Shown in pieces: positions 1 through 13,302 of a stretch of DNA of 64,000 nt (position 1 is the stretch's first letter; every line of letters starts with the position of its first letter). Made by a program: the position numbers and the translations under genes. The notes under the pieces were generated by a model. The model had not been told where the DNA came from, searched no databases, and saw only the letters and a program-made list of their open reading frames with translations. Origin of the DNA: Octopus sinensis (Eukaryota); the NCBI RefSeq assembly GCF_006345805.1, contig NC_043003.1, positions 14,260,001 through 14,324,000 of the forward strand. Reading direction: 5' to 3'.

Positions 1-170
1 CAGGAGCCAATCTAGCAGCACTGGCAATGACCTCGTTCGAATGCTGGTTTTCAGGTGCCACCGGCACAAGTGCCAGTAAAGTGACGCTGGTAATGATGGA
101 TTTGGTACAATCACTTAATCTTTTGATTAAATGTTTTATGGCATCAACAACTTAAGCTTCGAGTATTTAA

Positions 171-376
171 CCCAGCCACACCAGGCCCAAATATTCTACC
201 TATTTTATGGTCAAACTGGCCAGATCTGGCCTCTCACACCTATCCTACAATGTCATTCTAAAAATAAACAATGACATCATTGAAATCTCAAAGTTACGAA
301 ATAATACATAATTAATTTCAAATGATGTGGATAAATAAGGATTACTTTTGATAGAGTAATTTGAAAACTAAGGGGG
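171..376. mobile_element. Non-autonomous piggyBac-like MITE (partial)
   Basis: Flanked by TTAA at 167-170 and 377-380; begins CCC and ends GGG; no ORF. Confidence 0.55.
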
Positions 377-679
377 TTAAAAATACTACAGCAAAAATGT
401 GGTGAATGAATCAAGAACTTTATCTTAAAATTACTTTTGGATAAAATATCAACAAATTCTTTGTTTCTTTCCTTTTTCAAGAATTTCTTTAAATATTTGA
501 AATTGGATAGGTTCTTTAGACAAATGAATACACACATACACACAAAAAAAAACTAATTTAAGCCTCCTTGATAAAAATAATATAAAATTAACTTAGCTAT
601 TCTTGATAAAAATAATATGTGTACATATATAGATATATATTATATATATATATATATATATGATTATATATTATATATA

Positions 680-726
<47 letters not shown>

Positions 727-1009
727 GATTATATTATATATATTATATATATTATGTTATATATATATGATTATATAATTTACTACAAAAAAATATATGA
801 CTATCCAACATTCTTGAAAGCTCAAGGGAGAGCTGATTTTCATATTTCTTCTGTAGTAAAATATACTGATTTGAAAGATAGTTTCTTCAATGGAAGAAAG
901 AAGTATTAATAATAATGGCACAGGAATTCATAAACAATTGCATAGATTTTATATTTATCTTGAAGTAAGAATTGAAGTTTTAGCAGTATTATTTTTTTCC
1001 TGTGAAAAC

Positions 1010-1285
1010 AATTGGCCTAGTGGTTAGGTGCATTGCACTCATGATTGTGAGATCAAAGTTTCGATTCCTGGACCAGGTGACACATTGTGTCCTTGAGCAA
1101 AACACTTCATTTCATGTTGCTCCAGTCCACTCACCTGAAAATAGGTCACCCTGTCACAAGGGGGTGTTCTGATGGAGAAAAAATGTTGGCCTGCTTGCCA
1201 AGCCAGAGAGGTGCCATCATTTGAAAGCTAAAATGATGCAAAGTACACTGTGACCAGAGATGTATAACATCTGATAGTCTGGCAA
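1010..1285 (+). mobile_element. tRNA-derived SINE, family B-related, degenerate
   Basis: A-box TGGCCTAGTGG and B-box GTTTCGATTCC; body TGTCCTTGAGCAA...GCTCCAGTCCACTCA; tail shared with 39740-39870 and 13920-14100. Confidence 0.75.
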
Positions 1286-1294
1286 CATCGGAGA

Positions 1295-1495
1295 GCTGAG
1301 AGAATCGTTAGCATGCTGGCAAAATGCTTAGGGGTATTTCATCTGTCTTCACGTTCTGAGTTCAAATTCTGCCAAGGTCGACTTTGCCTTTTATCCTTTC
1401 AGGGTCAATAAATTAAGTACCTGTTGCGTACTGGGGTCGATCTAATCAACTGGCCCCTTCCCCCAAAATTCAGGCCTTGTGCCTAGAGCAGGAAA
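1295..1495 (+). mobile_element. SINE family C (GAGCTGGCAGAATCGTTAGC head)
   Basis: Matches many copies in the window: GTTCTGAGTTCAAATT...GGTCGACTTTGCCTTTCATCCTTTCGGGGTCGATAAATTAAGTACC. Confidence 0.85.
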
Positions 1496-2799
1496 GATCT
1501 TTTTCCCGGCTGCTCCCATCCATCCTTATATAATAATGCAGGATATTTTCTCTATGGGGACACACCTGCACTTGTCTCACCAACATGCATTAACTTCCAA
1601 GCACCTAGTATAAAACCACCTCCCCACCTCTAAAGTACTTCCCCCCCCCCCACTTAATCAAGGATGCTTTTTCCTTTCCTTGTTTTTTTTTCCTGTCTTC
1701 TAGGTTACTTAGCAACCTCACTAATGCTGGTGCCACAAAAAAAAAAACAAGCAGTACACACTGTAAAGTGGTTGGTGTTAGGAAGGGCATCCAGCCTTAG
1801 AAACCTTGCCAAAGCTTCTAACCACACCGCCATGCCTGTGGTTGTATGTTCTGATATTTTCCAATGCTACTTACAACCAAACAAATATCGCAGACATTCA
1901 ATAACTACCTAATGCCTCTGTACTTGAGTTACTTTCTCAATTAGTCCCAAACTTCTAATGTCAGCCATCATAGTATTCGCTTCTTAGTTTCCTAAAGTCG
2001 TTAGATACATATATCCAATTAACCTGCTAAGACATTTTCTCTAATTCTCATTTAAGCCAACACAATTTTTCCTTTTTTTTTTTGTCCTATTTTTTCTTTT
2101 GCATATTTTCTTTAAAAAAAAAATATAAAGAACCGTTCACTTTCTCTTAGTGTTTTTACTCATCTAGTTCTCATTGCTCATTCTTAACCAAAGATGCCCG
2201 ATGAAATGGAACCTACTGGCAATCAATATGCAACCAGAAAAGGAAAATAAATATAAAAAAAAAGAACGAAAACAACGACGAAAAGTAAGAAAGAAATTAA
2301 AAGACATTCCTAGCTTTTGCTGCCGGTTTTTGCACTACATCCAAGTTCCTCACTGACCTAATTTAGAATATATAATTGAATCAACAGAGCAAAAGCTGCC
2401 TCCAGAAAAACTAGGTTATATCTCCAAGTACTGAAAGAACCCCAAAATGATAGAGAGTGAAAGAAGCGAAAGAAGAAGAAGAAGACGAAGAAGAAGAAGA
2501 AGAACTAGCATTCGTCAATCTTTAATTTCAACTATTAGAGGCAATATATGCGAAAATGGTATGTGTTCCATGTAGAGAAAGGAAAAGAAATAAGGAAGTT
2601 GGTTTGAGAGAAATGGTTCTGTTTGGAAGCGTGTCGATATTGTGATGGTGATGGTTGATGGTTGATGGTTGATGGTGATGAGGAATGAGGGAAAATGTCA
2701 TTATTTGTAGGTTCTTTATGAAGGAGAAAACAGAAAAAAAGGAAAAAAATAACGAACCGACTTTTGTGCAGTTACGGTGATAGAAGAATGATGCAGATA

Positions 2800-3001
2800 T
2801 TATGTGTGTGTGTGTGAGCGTGAGTACAAGTTTGTGAACATGTGTGTGCATGTGTGAGTGAGTGCATGTAAGAATGTGTGTGTATGTGTGTGTGTGCATA
2901 TGAGAGTGTGCGCAAGCCTGTATGAGTGTATGAGTTCGTGTGTGTACAAGTGTGTGTGAGTGAGTCAACATGTTTGTGAATGCATATATGTGTGTATGTG
3001 A

Positions 3002-3051
<50 letters not shown>

Positions 3052-3060
3052 TTGTGTGTC
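2800..3060. repeat. Degenerate (GT)n microsatellite
   Basis: Direct reading. Confidence 0.9.
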
Positions 3061-3809
3061 TAGTAGAATGAAAGAATGGTTAGTTTTCAAGCTGGAATCA
3101 GTCCAATATGTATGTAGAAATTTAGGAAGAATCATTCAGAATATGTGAATGGAATTACATCAGCAATCGCAGGAGAGGCAAGATGTTGATAAAGCTTTTG
3201 GTGCCTGGCTTCTTTCTGAACGTTAAAACTCAGGAATTCAAACTTGGCTTTCTCCAAAACATTTTAGTAATAATTATATGGTTACCCAAATGCAAAGTAT
3301 TCAGCAATCACAATGAAAAGTGGTCTAAGAGTTCTTTGACAGAACCAAATTATGTCAAGAAAAATTAGATTTTTGAGTAGAATGGAAAAAATTTTGAAGA
3401 AATTCATTAGACATTTATAAGACAAGAAAACAGGATAAAGGTGGACGTAGAGAAAAAATAATTCAAAGGAAATAGATGAAGGTGAGTTGTGAGGTTAAGA
3501 AGCTTGCCATGTGACCATGTGGTTTCAGGTTCAGTCCCACTGAGCAGCACCAAGTGTAAGCATTGTGAATGAATTTGGTAGATGGAAACTGTGAAGAAGG
3601 CCCATCATATATATATATAATATATATAGAATATATGTGTGGGTGTGTGTGGTGCATGTATGTCTATGTGTATTTGTATATGTGCGTATATATGTATAAT
3701 TACACACACACATATATATACACATGCATATATATATATGTGTGTGTGTATATATATTATATATATATATGTATATATATACACACACACATATACACAT
3801 GCATATACA

Positions 3810-3857
<48 letters not shown>

Positions 3858-4974
3858 TTATATACATATGAGAAATATTATTTAGCTTCAAAATAAGTGA
3901 GAGTTGGCAACAGGAAGAGCATTCAGCCATAGTAAAATCTACCTCAACAAACTCCATTCAACCCATGGGAAATTAGAAATTAAAATGATGATGAAGAGTT
4001 GGCTATTTTGCTCTCACATGAACAGCACAATTATTTAACAGCCTGCTACCAAGATGGATGGCTTTATTAAATAAAATACAATTTATTTTTAAATATAAAA
4101 ACATTTAAAAAACACTTATAAAACACACACAACAATCCAATACAGAGCTTCACTGAATATAATAAAAGAGCAATTCAACACAATTTTCTATACAATCTTT
4201 GTGAGTAGATAATTATATATTATCATTGCAACTAGTTTAGTCAGAACGCACACATAAAAAAAATTTGCTCATCTTATTCTCACAGATGACAGCACGACAA
4301 TGTAAATTATGGATATCGCACTCAAATTTCTACAAAAACTTTGCTTAATTCTAACACAAAGATATAAATTCCAAAATCTGAAAAACTCCTTGACTCTTTA
4401 AATACCAAACTGCTAGAGACTGCTTATACAAAAGCGTTCATATATAAATTAAAAATCTCCATCAAATTCCTTTAACATGAATGATGACGCCATGTGATTT
4501 CAGTTGGCCAACAACCAAATAATATATTCACTTTTTTTGCTTGTTTCAGTCATGAGGCCGTGCGACCATGCTGGGGCACCGCCTTGAAGAATTTTAGTCA
4601 AATAAATCGACCCCAGCACTTGATTTTTTTTTTTGAAGTCTGGTACTTATTCTATTGATTTCTTTTGTTGAACCGCTAAGTTACAGGAGACATAAACACT
4701 ATCAACACTAATTGGCAAGCAGTGGGGGGGGGCAAACACACACACACACACACACATTCTTTTATTCTTTTATTTGTTTCAGTCATTTGACTGCGGCCAT
4801 GCTAGATCACCGCCTTAAAGGGTTTTACCCGAAGAAATCAACCCCAGGAGTTATTCCTTGTAAGCCTAGTACTTATTTTATCAGTCTGTTTTGCCGAACC
4901 GCTAAGTTACAGGACGTAAACATACCAACATTGATCGTCAAGTGATAGGAGACAAACACAGACACACAAACACA

Positions 4975-5200
4975 CATGTCATTGCCACTGTGAGGCCCAA
5001 TGTCCGATGGTCATGCTTCACCACCTCATCCCATATCTTCCTGGGTTTACCTCTTCTACAGGTTCCTTCTACATTTAGGGAGTGGCATTTCCTCACACAG
5101 CTGTCTTCAGTCATACATAACACATGGCCATACCAGTGCAGTCGCCTCTCTTGCACACCACATTTGATGCTTTTTATGCCCAACTTTTCTTTCAGGGCAC
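4975..5200 (-). pseudogene. RTE-clade LINE ORF2 C-terminal fragment
   Basis: ORF 4938..5183 reads ERRLHWYGHVLCM...RRGKPRKIWDEVV, the RL.W.GH..R / RGRP...W motif at RTE ORF ends. Confidence 0.85.
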
Positions 5201-5311
5201 TTCTTGAATATTTTGTGAATATCCCTGTAAAGGATAAAAGGTTTTAACACCAATGCTTATCAAGAGATACATATATTGAATATGAGAGAGAGAGACACAT
5301 AGTGTGTGTGT

Positions 5312-5346
<35 letters not shown>

Positions 5347-5720
5347 CATATGTGTGGGAGAGAGACAGAGAAAGAGATTCCGAATACAAACAAAACAACA
5401 CAAGATGGAAAGAAAAAAAAAAGATACAGTTTCGTGAAATTACTTCACCAGGAATTTTTCAATTGTCAGGTAGTGTAAGAACAGGTAAGGTTGAAATTGT
5501 ATAGATTCAGAATTAGAATAAAAAGATGGTGAAAAAGATGGATTATTTAAATCTACTTGAAACAGAAAACTCAGCCTAACTGAAATACTTAAGAAAACAT
5601 AAACCTGCATCTGTCACAAGATTATTGATCACAAACGCTGCATTCACTTTGTGACAACAACTCGCCTCGTTAGCTCACTTCCCCAAACTGTAAAATCTTT
5701 ACAATCTTCCTACCTATATA

Positions 5721-6560
5721 TATTGGGTCATCCCATAAATAATGCAGTTTTTTTCATACTCTATTTACTCATTTACTCTTTTACTTGTTTCAGTCATTTG
5801 ACTGCGGCCATGTTGGAGCACCGCCTTTAGTCGAGCAAATCGAACCCAGGACTTATTCTTTGTAAGCCTAGTACTCATTCTATCGGTCTCTCTTGCCGAA
5901 CCGCTAAGTTACGGGGACGTAAACGCACCAGCATCGGTTGTCAAGTAATTTTGGGGCGGACAAATACAGACATACAAACACACACACACACACAAATATA
6001 TACATATACATATATACGACAGGCTTCTTTTCAGTTTCCATCTACCAAATCCACTCACAAGGCTTTGGTCGGCCCAAGGCTATAGTAGGAGACACTTGCC
6101 CAAGGTGCTACACAGTGGAACTGAACCCGGAACCATGTGGTTGGTAAGCAAGTTACTTACCACACAGCCACTCCTGCGCCATACTTCTTTTATTTTTTAA
6201 ACTTTAGATAAATTTCTTTTTTAGTCTAAAATATACTCTCCTTCATTTTCTACAATGCTCTTCCAACTATCTGGTTGACTTGCAAGGCCCCTCTTTTAAC
6301 ATTCACTTGTCTGTGATGAAAAATGCTCCTCCAGTACTGTTTTGACCTCGTCTACGAAGTTCATATTTTTTCCTTCCAAATGATTTTGAATACTGCAGAA
6401 TAAATGATAATCAAATGGGGCAATGTCCAGCAAATATGGTGGGTGGAGCATTGCTTCCCATTCAAACTGCTCCAGCCTTTGCAATGACATCCTTGCTGTG
6501 TATGGCCAAGCATTATCCTGATAGAAGAACACCTTTCGTCTTGAAACCAAAGATGATCGT
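5721..6560 (-). mobile_element. Mariner transposon 3' remnant, interrupted by a SINE
   Basis: ORF 6296..6727 has QDNAWPY...HPPYLLDIAPFDYHLF (mariner HDNA.PH / YSPDLAP.DYHLF); TIR-like TA|TTGGGTCATCCCATAAATAATGC at 5721. Confidence 0.9.
5762..6180 (-). mobile_element. SINE family A, full length (GGCGCAGGAGTGGCTGTGTGG head)
   Basis: tRNA-like A/B boxes, internal (TA)/(TG) tract, 3' CCAGCATGGCCGCAGTCAAATGACTGAAAC and (GAGTAAAA)n tail; inserted in mariner. Confidence 0.9.
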
Positions 6561-8595
6561 TGAGGAATTAATAAACTTGCCGAGGATCTAAACAACTCAT
6601 GAGAAGTTAACAAACTCACAAAGTTTGTGTGAATTTCACGGAGAAAAAAATCGTAAAAATTATGGAAAATTTGTTTGCCAGTTTGTTCGAGTTGCAAAAA
6701 CAACAACAACTGAAAGAACAACAACAATGACTATTACAGCAACAAATGCTACAATTAATGAAGTCATCAGGAAATTCAGAAAAAGTGTTCTCACCAGACT
6801 ATATTGCAAACTCCATAACCGAATTCAAGTACAAACCTGACGAAGGAGTTACCTTCGAAGCATACCACAGAGGTTATGAGAAAATCTTTGAGAAAGAAAG
6901 TAAAGATTGAGATGATGAGATGAAAACGCACTTAATCTTGAGAAAACTGGTGGCAACAGAACATGAATGATACAGTAATTATGTACTCCCGAGAAAACCT
7001 TCGGACATGAACTTTAATGACACAATAGGTATATTGTGTAAAATTTTCAGTGTAAAAAGCTCATTGTTCGACAAACGTTGGAAGTGTCTGAACAATGAGA
7101 AAAACAACAAGGATGATATCACGTGGCTGTGTGGTAAGTAGCTTGCTAACCAACCACATGGTTCCGGGTTCAGTCCCACTGTGTGGGACCTTGGGTAAGT
7201 GTCTTCTACTATAGCCTCGGGCCGACCAAAGCCTTGTGAGTGGATTTGGTAGATGGAAACTGAAAGAAGCCCGTCGTATATATGTATATATATATATGCG
7301 TGTGTGTGTTTGTGTGTCTGTGTTTGTTCCCCTAGCATTGCTTGACAACCAATGCTGGTGTGTTTATGTCCCCGTTACTTAGCGGTTCGGCAAAAGAGAC
7401 CGATAGAATAAGTACTGGGCTTACAAAAGAATAAGTCCCGGGGTCGAGTTGCTCGATTAAAGGCAGTGCTCCAGCATGGCCGCAGTCAAATGACTGAAAC
7501 AAGTAAAAGAGTAAAAGAGTATATGCTGGTAGAGTAAAGAGGGAATATGAGAAGTTTAAGGTGGACGAATTAAAGCCAGATATGTTCAAATGCCTGATTT
7601 TTACACAGGAACTTACTGCCGAAAAGGATGCAGAAGATAGAACTGGAATTCTCACAAAGCTGGAACCAAACCAGGATGTAACCCTACAGCAAGTGTCAGA
7701 AGAATGTGAAAGGATGGTCAAATTAAGACACAACACAGAGGAAATTGAATGTAAATATTGTCTCCAAGAAAAGCAAGTGCGAAATAGCTAGAATAGAGAT
7801 AAAATGTTTTCTAAAAAACAGAACAAAAATCAGAAAGTAAACCCATGTTTTGTATGTGGAGGTATACACTTGAAGAAAAACTGTCCATTTAAGAAAGCGG
7901 AGTGCTTTTGTTGTGGAAATATAGGACGTATAAAGATGCACTGTAGAACGAAGGTGACAAAATGTCAGAAGGAGAAAGAATAAATAGTATGTCATCGAAA
8001 GAAATTGGTAATATAACGATGAGGAAATTCGTGAAGGTGAAAATCAGAAATGCAAGTGTTAAAATGCAATTGGACATTGGTAGTGATATCACCATTATAA
8101 ACGTAAAAACTTGGAAATATGTCGGTAAGACAAAGTTGATTAAATCTAAAAAAGTAGCACATGGTGTTATGGGAAAATGATTAAATTTCTTCAGTGAATT
8201 TGTATGTAATGTAACATTTAGAGGTCAAATGAAAAAGCAAAGATATATGTATTAAAAGATTCACTTAATGTATTCGGCACAGAGTGGATGGAACTAGTCA
8301 AATTGTGGAATACGTCCATAGGTGTTTTGTAGGGAAATATAGTCAGTTCAGTGGAAGTTTTGAATATGACTGAGGGACTGAAACAAAAAATTGCAGTAAA
8401 ACAGAGAGGAACAATGGTATGTAAGCCAAAACGAAATGAAAAATTGCCCACGATAAAAAGTAAACAATGTTCAAAAGTAGATGTCCCATGGTCAAGACTA
8501 CACATCGATTTCGTTGGTCCTTTAAATGGTTCTTACTACTTAGTGGTAGTTAATAGTTTCTCGAAATGGCCAGAAATTTCTAAGTGTAAAAAGAT
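6561..8595 (+). mobile_element. Decayed Ty3/Gypsy LTR retrotransposon (gag-protease-integrase remnants, K02A2.6/Mag-like)
   Basis: gag-like FKCLIFTQEL...ILTKLE; two Zn knuckles (CFVCGGIH...C, CFCCGNIG...C); protease MQLDIGSDITII; integrase PWSRLHIDFVGPLNGSYYLVVVNSFSKWPE; many stops; RT/RNase H missing. Confidence 0.9.
7123..7521 (+). mobile_element. SINE family A inserted in Gypsy gag
   Basis: Near-identical to 5762-6180; gag-like reading resumes after the (GAGTAAAA) tail. Confidence 0.9.
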
Positions 8596-8699
8596 TGCTT
8601 GTCCAAGGTACTACAGCGGGATTGAACTTAGAACCATGTGGTTGGGACTTCTTACCACACAGCCATGTGTCTGCCTACATACATATACATATACATATA

Positions 8700-9040
8700 C
8701 ATCATCATCATCATCATCATTTAGCGTCCGCTTTCCATGCTAGCTTTCCATGGATGGTTCAACTGGGGTCTGGGAAGCCAGAAGGCTGCACCAGGCCCAG
8801 TCTGATCTGGCAGTGTTTCTACGGCTGGATGCCCTTCCTAATGCCAACCACTCCGTGAGTGTAGTGCCACCCACACAGGTGCCAGACGGGGCTGGCAAAC
8901 GGCCATGGACGGATGGTGCTTTTTACGTGCCACCGGCACGGGGGCCAGGCAAGGCTGATATATATATTATAATATATATATATATATAATGTCCAACCCA
9001 TGCTAGCATGGAGAACGGACGTAAAACGATGATGATGATG
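8700..9040 (-). mobile_element. Family D repeat with (GAT)n tail (RTE-associated SINE-like) plus inverted 3' fragment
   Basis: CATCATCAT...CGTCCGCTTTCCATGCTAGC...GGATGCCCTTCCTAATGCCAACCAC; recurs at 15772, 41505, 42755, 59765, 62308. Confidence 0.75.
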
Positions 9041-9077
9041 ATATATATACATATATATATAATATATATATATATAA

Positions 9078-9123
<46 letters not shown>

Positions 9124-9175
9124 TATATATTATATATAATATATATATATAATATACTATATATATATAATATGA

Positions 9176-9480
9176 AGGCAAGTGGCTCAGTGGTTAGAGC
9201 GTCAGGCTCACAGTCATGAAGTAGTGAGTTCGATTCCCTGACTGGGCTGCGTTGTGTTGAGTTCTTGAGCAAGACACTTTATTTCATGTTGCTCCAGTTC
9301 ATTGGTGCCAAGCTGTATCAGCCTTTGCCTTTCCTTTGGATAACAGTGGTGACGCAGAGAGGAGAGGCTGGTATGCATGGGTGACTGCTGGTCTTCCATA
9401 AACAACCCTGCCCAGACTTGTGCCTCGGAGGGGAAATTTCTAGATGCAATCATGTGGTCATTGTGAACGAAGGGGGTCTT
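9176..9480 (+). mobile_element. tRNA-derived SINE (distinct tail, also at 42310-42465)
   Basis: A-box TGGCTCAGTGG, B-box GAGTTCGATTCC, then TTGAGCAAGACACTT...GCTCCAG. Confidence 0.75.
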
Positions 9481-9984
9481 CACTCTTTATATGCATCTAA
9501 TTATTTTTTTTGCTTGGGGACCCGGGTGGAGGGTAAAGTTTGACAAACGGGCCCAGGTCTGAGAGGGTTAATTACGAAAAATGCTTCTCAGTTCAGAAGC
9601 TAATCCATCCCAAATTTGGTAATCATCAGATAGGTCATGAACCAAGGTTTGTGTGCCTGGATGTGTGCAGACAGAGTTTAGATGTGAATTCCATAACTTT
9701 AACATTAATTCTACCTCAATTTATAATATTAACAAATGTCATATGCATGCAATGAGAATGAAAACAGATTGGATTACATCTTGAAGAATGAAAAACAAAA
9801 TATATAAGCGTAACTTTGTCTCAGACAAAAAAGAGAAATATGTAAAGTTTATTCTATTTTATTATTATATTTCATTACTTTTTTTTTTGTTAAAGAAAAT
9901 ATTTTCCAAACATTAAATTATTTTTAAGTGTCTCAAAGAAATAAAACTGATGTTTTAAAATGATACAACTGCTACTACCACTAT

Positions 9985-10035
9985 AATGATGATGATGATG
10001 ACAATGATGACGATGACGATGATGATGATGGTAAA

Positions 10036-10070
<35 letters not shown>

Positions 10071-10095
10071 TGATGATGATGATGATGAGGATGAA

Positions 10096-10143
<48 letters not shown>

Positions 10144-10156
10144 TATAATAATAATC
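9985..10156. repeat. Compound (GAT)n/(TAA)n microsatellite
   Basis: Direct reading; source of the poly-M/poly-I ORF. Confidence 0.95.
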
Positions 10157-11007
10157 AGGATAATACTTTCTCAGAAAGTTGAATATTTATGGAAGAGAAG
10201 AGAACAAAAAACATATTTTTCATATAAAAAGAAAATAGTAAAATGCAGAGATAATGTTCCAAATAATTATAAAAACAGAGAAGAAAAGCAAAAAAAGAAG
10301 GAAAAAGAAAAATGAAAACAGAAGAATTGCTGGGATGGGTTTAAATGGGCGAACAAGAGAAAATGAAAAGAATGTTGAAGTTGCGAACACAATGAACAGA
10401 CTAAACAGGGCAAGAGATTGCTAGAGCAAGGATGCAGTGAATAGAGGATGCTGGGACGAGATGCGATGAATGCAATACTGATATAAAAGTAAATTTTGCC
10501 AATAAATCTATGGAGAATCTATAAATTTTTTTTGCTATAGAATACAACAAATTCATAAAGAATTCTAGAATTTTGGGTTGGTAAATAAAAAAAAAAAATA
10601 TTTCAAATATTCTGAAGAGGGGAGTGATGAGGAGAGGAACGTCGGCTTTATCCCATCTAAAATGAGAATAAGGATATTTGAACTTACATAAAGTATAGAC
10701 AACGGAGAGATAGCAGGAGAGGAAGTGTTAATTTCGGAGTGTTTAGGGAATTTTATAGAAATAGACGATAATTCTTTTGTCAGAATCAGAATGTATAATT
10801 GATAACTAAGAAAGGTCTGCTGAATTAAAGAATAGAAATATAGACTGCAGCACACACACAAATGTACCTACATATACTTACATATATTGATATATATATA
10901 TATACCTATGTATATTTAAATATATATGTGTATATATATGTATATATATATATACACACACACATACACATATATATATATATATACATACACATATATA
11001 TATATAT

Positions 11008-11070
<63 letters not shown>

Positions 11071-11075
11071 CGCAC

Positions 11076-11460
11076 ATGAGTGGCTGTGTGGTAAGTAGTT
11101 TGCTTACCAACCACATGGTTCCGGGTTCCGTCCCACTGCGTAGCACCTTGGACAAGTGTCTTCTACTATAGCCTCGGGCCGACCAAAGCTTTGTGAGGGG
11201 ATTTGGTAAACGGAAACCAAAAGCTCATCATATATATGTATATACATATATATGTTTGCATGTCTGCATTTGTCCCTCAACATCGCTTGACAACCAAATG
11301 CTGGTGTGTTTACCTCCCTGTAAGTTAGCAGTTGGGCTAAAGAGACTAATAGAATAAGTACTAGGCATACAAAGATAAGTTCTGGGATCGATTTCTTTGA
11401 CTAAAGGCAGTGCTCCAGCATGGCTGCAGTCAAATGACTGAAACAAAAGAATAAAAGAAT
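11076..11460 (+). mobile_element. SINE family A
   Basis: Same head, body and tail as other family A copies. Confidence 0.9.
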
Positions 11461-11470
11461 ACCTACATAT

Positions 11471-11790
11471 GTGTACATTTAAACACGTTAAGCGGTATCC
11501 ATCACAGGACTCCCTTATGCTAGAAGGAACAGCTAAAGTCCAAACCACTAATTAGGGATAAATTCTAGAAGGAAATGAAAAATATAAACATTTAACATCT
11601 ATTTTCTGGCAAATTATTTTATTTACTGAAAAAAAAATCAGAAACCATGGCCCAAGAAATAGATGGTAAATGTTTTTATTTTTCATTCCCTTCGAGAATT
11701 TATCCCTAATTAGTGGTTTGGACTTTAGCTGTTCCTTCTAGCGTAAGGGAGTCCTGTGATGGATACCTCTTAATGTGTTTAAATGTACAC
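11471..11790. repeat. Long fold-back inverted repeat (~140-bp arms)
   Basis: 11471-11609 is the reverse complement of ~11651-11790 with scattered mismatches. Confidence 0.9.
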
Positions 11791-11877
11791 TGTATTTTAT
11801 ATGAATAATATATAGTCTATTGACTGATTTTTCTATATGCTATAATCTTTATTACCCTGATATTATTAATTATCTAT

Positions 11878-11908
<31 letters not shown>

Positions 11909-12173
11909 CACATATATAAGACACATCAAGCTAAGTAAAATTGCGATCTTCCACATATACAGACTTGTCTTTTCAGGTGCCAGTGCCACCTAAAAAGCAC
12001 CCATGCCAGTGATGTGTAAACATCATGTAAAAGGCACCCAGCATACTCTGCTGTAAAGTGGTTTGTGTTAGGAAGGGCATCCAGCAATAGAAACCATGCC
12101 ACAAAGACAGTTGGAGTCTGGACAACTCCCAGTTAGCCAGCTGTGTGTGAAACTGTCCAACCCATCCCTATTT

Positions 12174-12658
12174 CTATTTCTTTACTACCCACAAGGGGCT
12201 AAACACAGAGAGGACAAACAAGGACAGACAAATGGATTAAGTCGATAATATCGACCCCAAAAGGATGAAAGGCAAAGTCGACCTTGGCTGAATTTGAACT
12301 CAGAACATAGCGGCAGACGATATACCTATTTCTTTACTACCCACAAGGGGCTAAACACAGAGAGGACAAACAAGGACAGACAAATGGATCAAGTCGATTA
12401 TATCGACCCCAAAAGGATGAAAGGCAAAGTCGACCTCGGCTGAATTTGAACTCAGAATGTAGCGGCAGACGTAATACCTATTTCTTTACTACCCACAAGG
12501 GGCTAAACACAGAGAGGACAAACAAGGACAGACAAATGGATTAAGTCGATTATATCGACCCCAAAAGGATGAAAGGCAAAGTCGACCTTGGCGGAATTTG
12601 AACTCAGAACGTAGTGGCAGTATTTCGCCCGGCGCGCTGTTTCTGCCAGCTCGCCGCC
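12174..12658 (-). repeat. Tandem trimer (152-bp period) of an internally deleted SINE C
   Basis: Units start CTATTTCTTTACTACCC at 12174, 12326 and 12478. Confidence 0.9.
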
Positions 12659-12895
12659 TATACCAGCCATACCAGCATGGAAAACGGACATTAAATAATG
12701 ATGATGATGATGATGATACACAAATATATACACACACACACGATGGTAGTCTCTCGTAGTCCAAGAAAGACAGTTCTGCAATTTCTTGTCGAACAAGCTA
12801 TGCAAATGATTTGTTTATTGTGAGCAAACGTACGTGCTGTACATCAGCTCACACCTTCCATTAACTCGATGTTACCTGAACAGGTGCACGGTATA

Positions 12896-12934
<39 letters not shown>

Positions 12935-13259
12935 GGAACCCAACCCAATCTTCTGACTTATTACTGTATTCTGTAAAGCTGTCCAATCCATGCTAACATG
13001 AAAGACAGATGTTAACCAATGATTATGATACACACACGAAGGCGTGTGGCCTAGTGGTTAGGGTACTGCAATCCTCATTTAGAACATGGGTTCAATTCCC
13101 AGATCGGATAGTGCATTGTGGTCTTTTATCCTTTTTTTCTTTAGACTTTTTCACTGTTCGCTTCCTGTGCATATTCTATGTACTGTTCATGCAGTTTTGG
13201 TTACTTTCTTTGAGAAGTTGCAGTGCATCTGAGCACTGTATCCAATAAGTTCATCACCA

Positions 13260-13299
<40 letters not shown>

Positions 13300-13302
<3 letters not shown>

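Noticed and set aside
3175-3196. AGGCAAGATGTTGATAAAGCT resembles mature miR-31
   Set aside because: Central bases differ and there is no complementary star arm downstream, so no hairpin forms.
12174-12658. Regularly spaced repeats as a CRISPR array
   Set aside because: Whole units are repeated with no unique spacers; they derive from a SINE; no cas genes; eukaryotic context.
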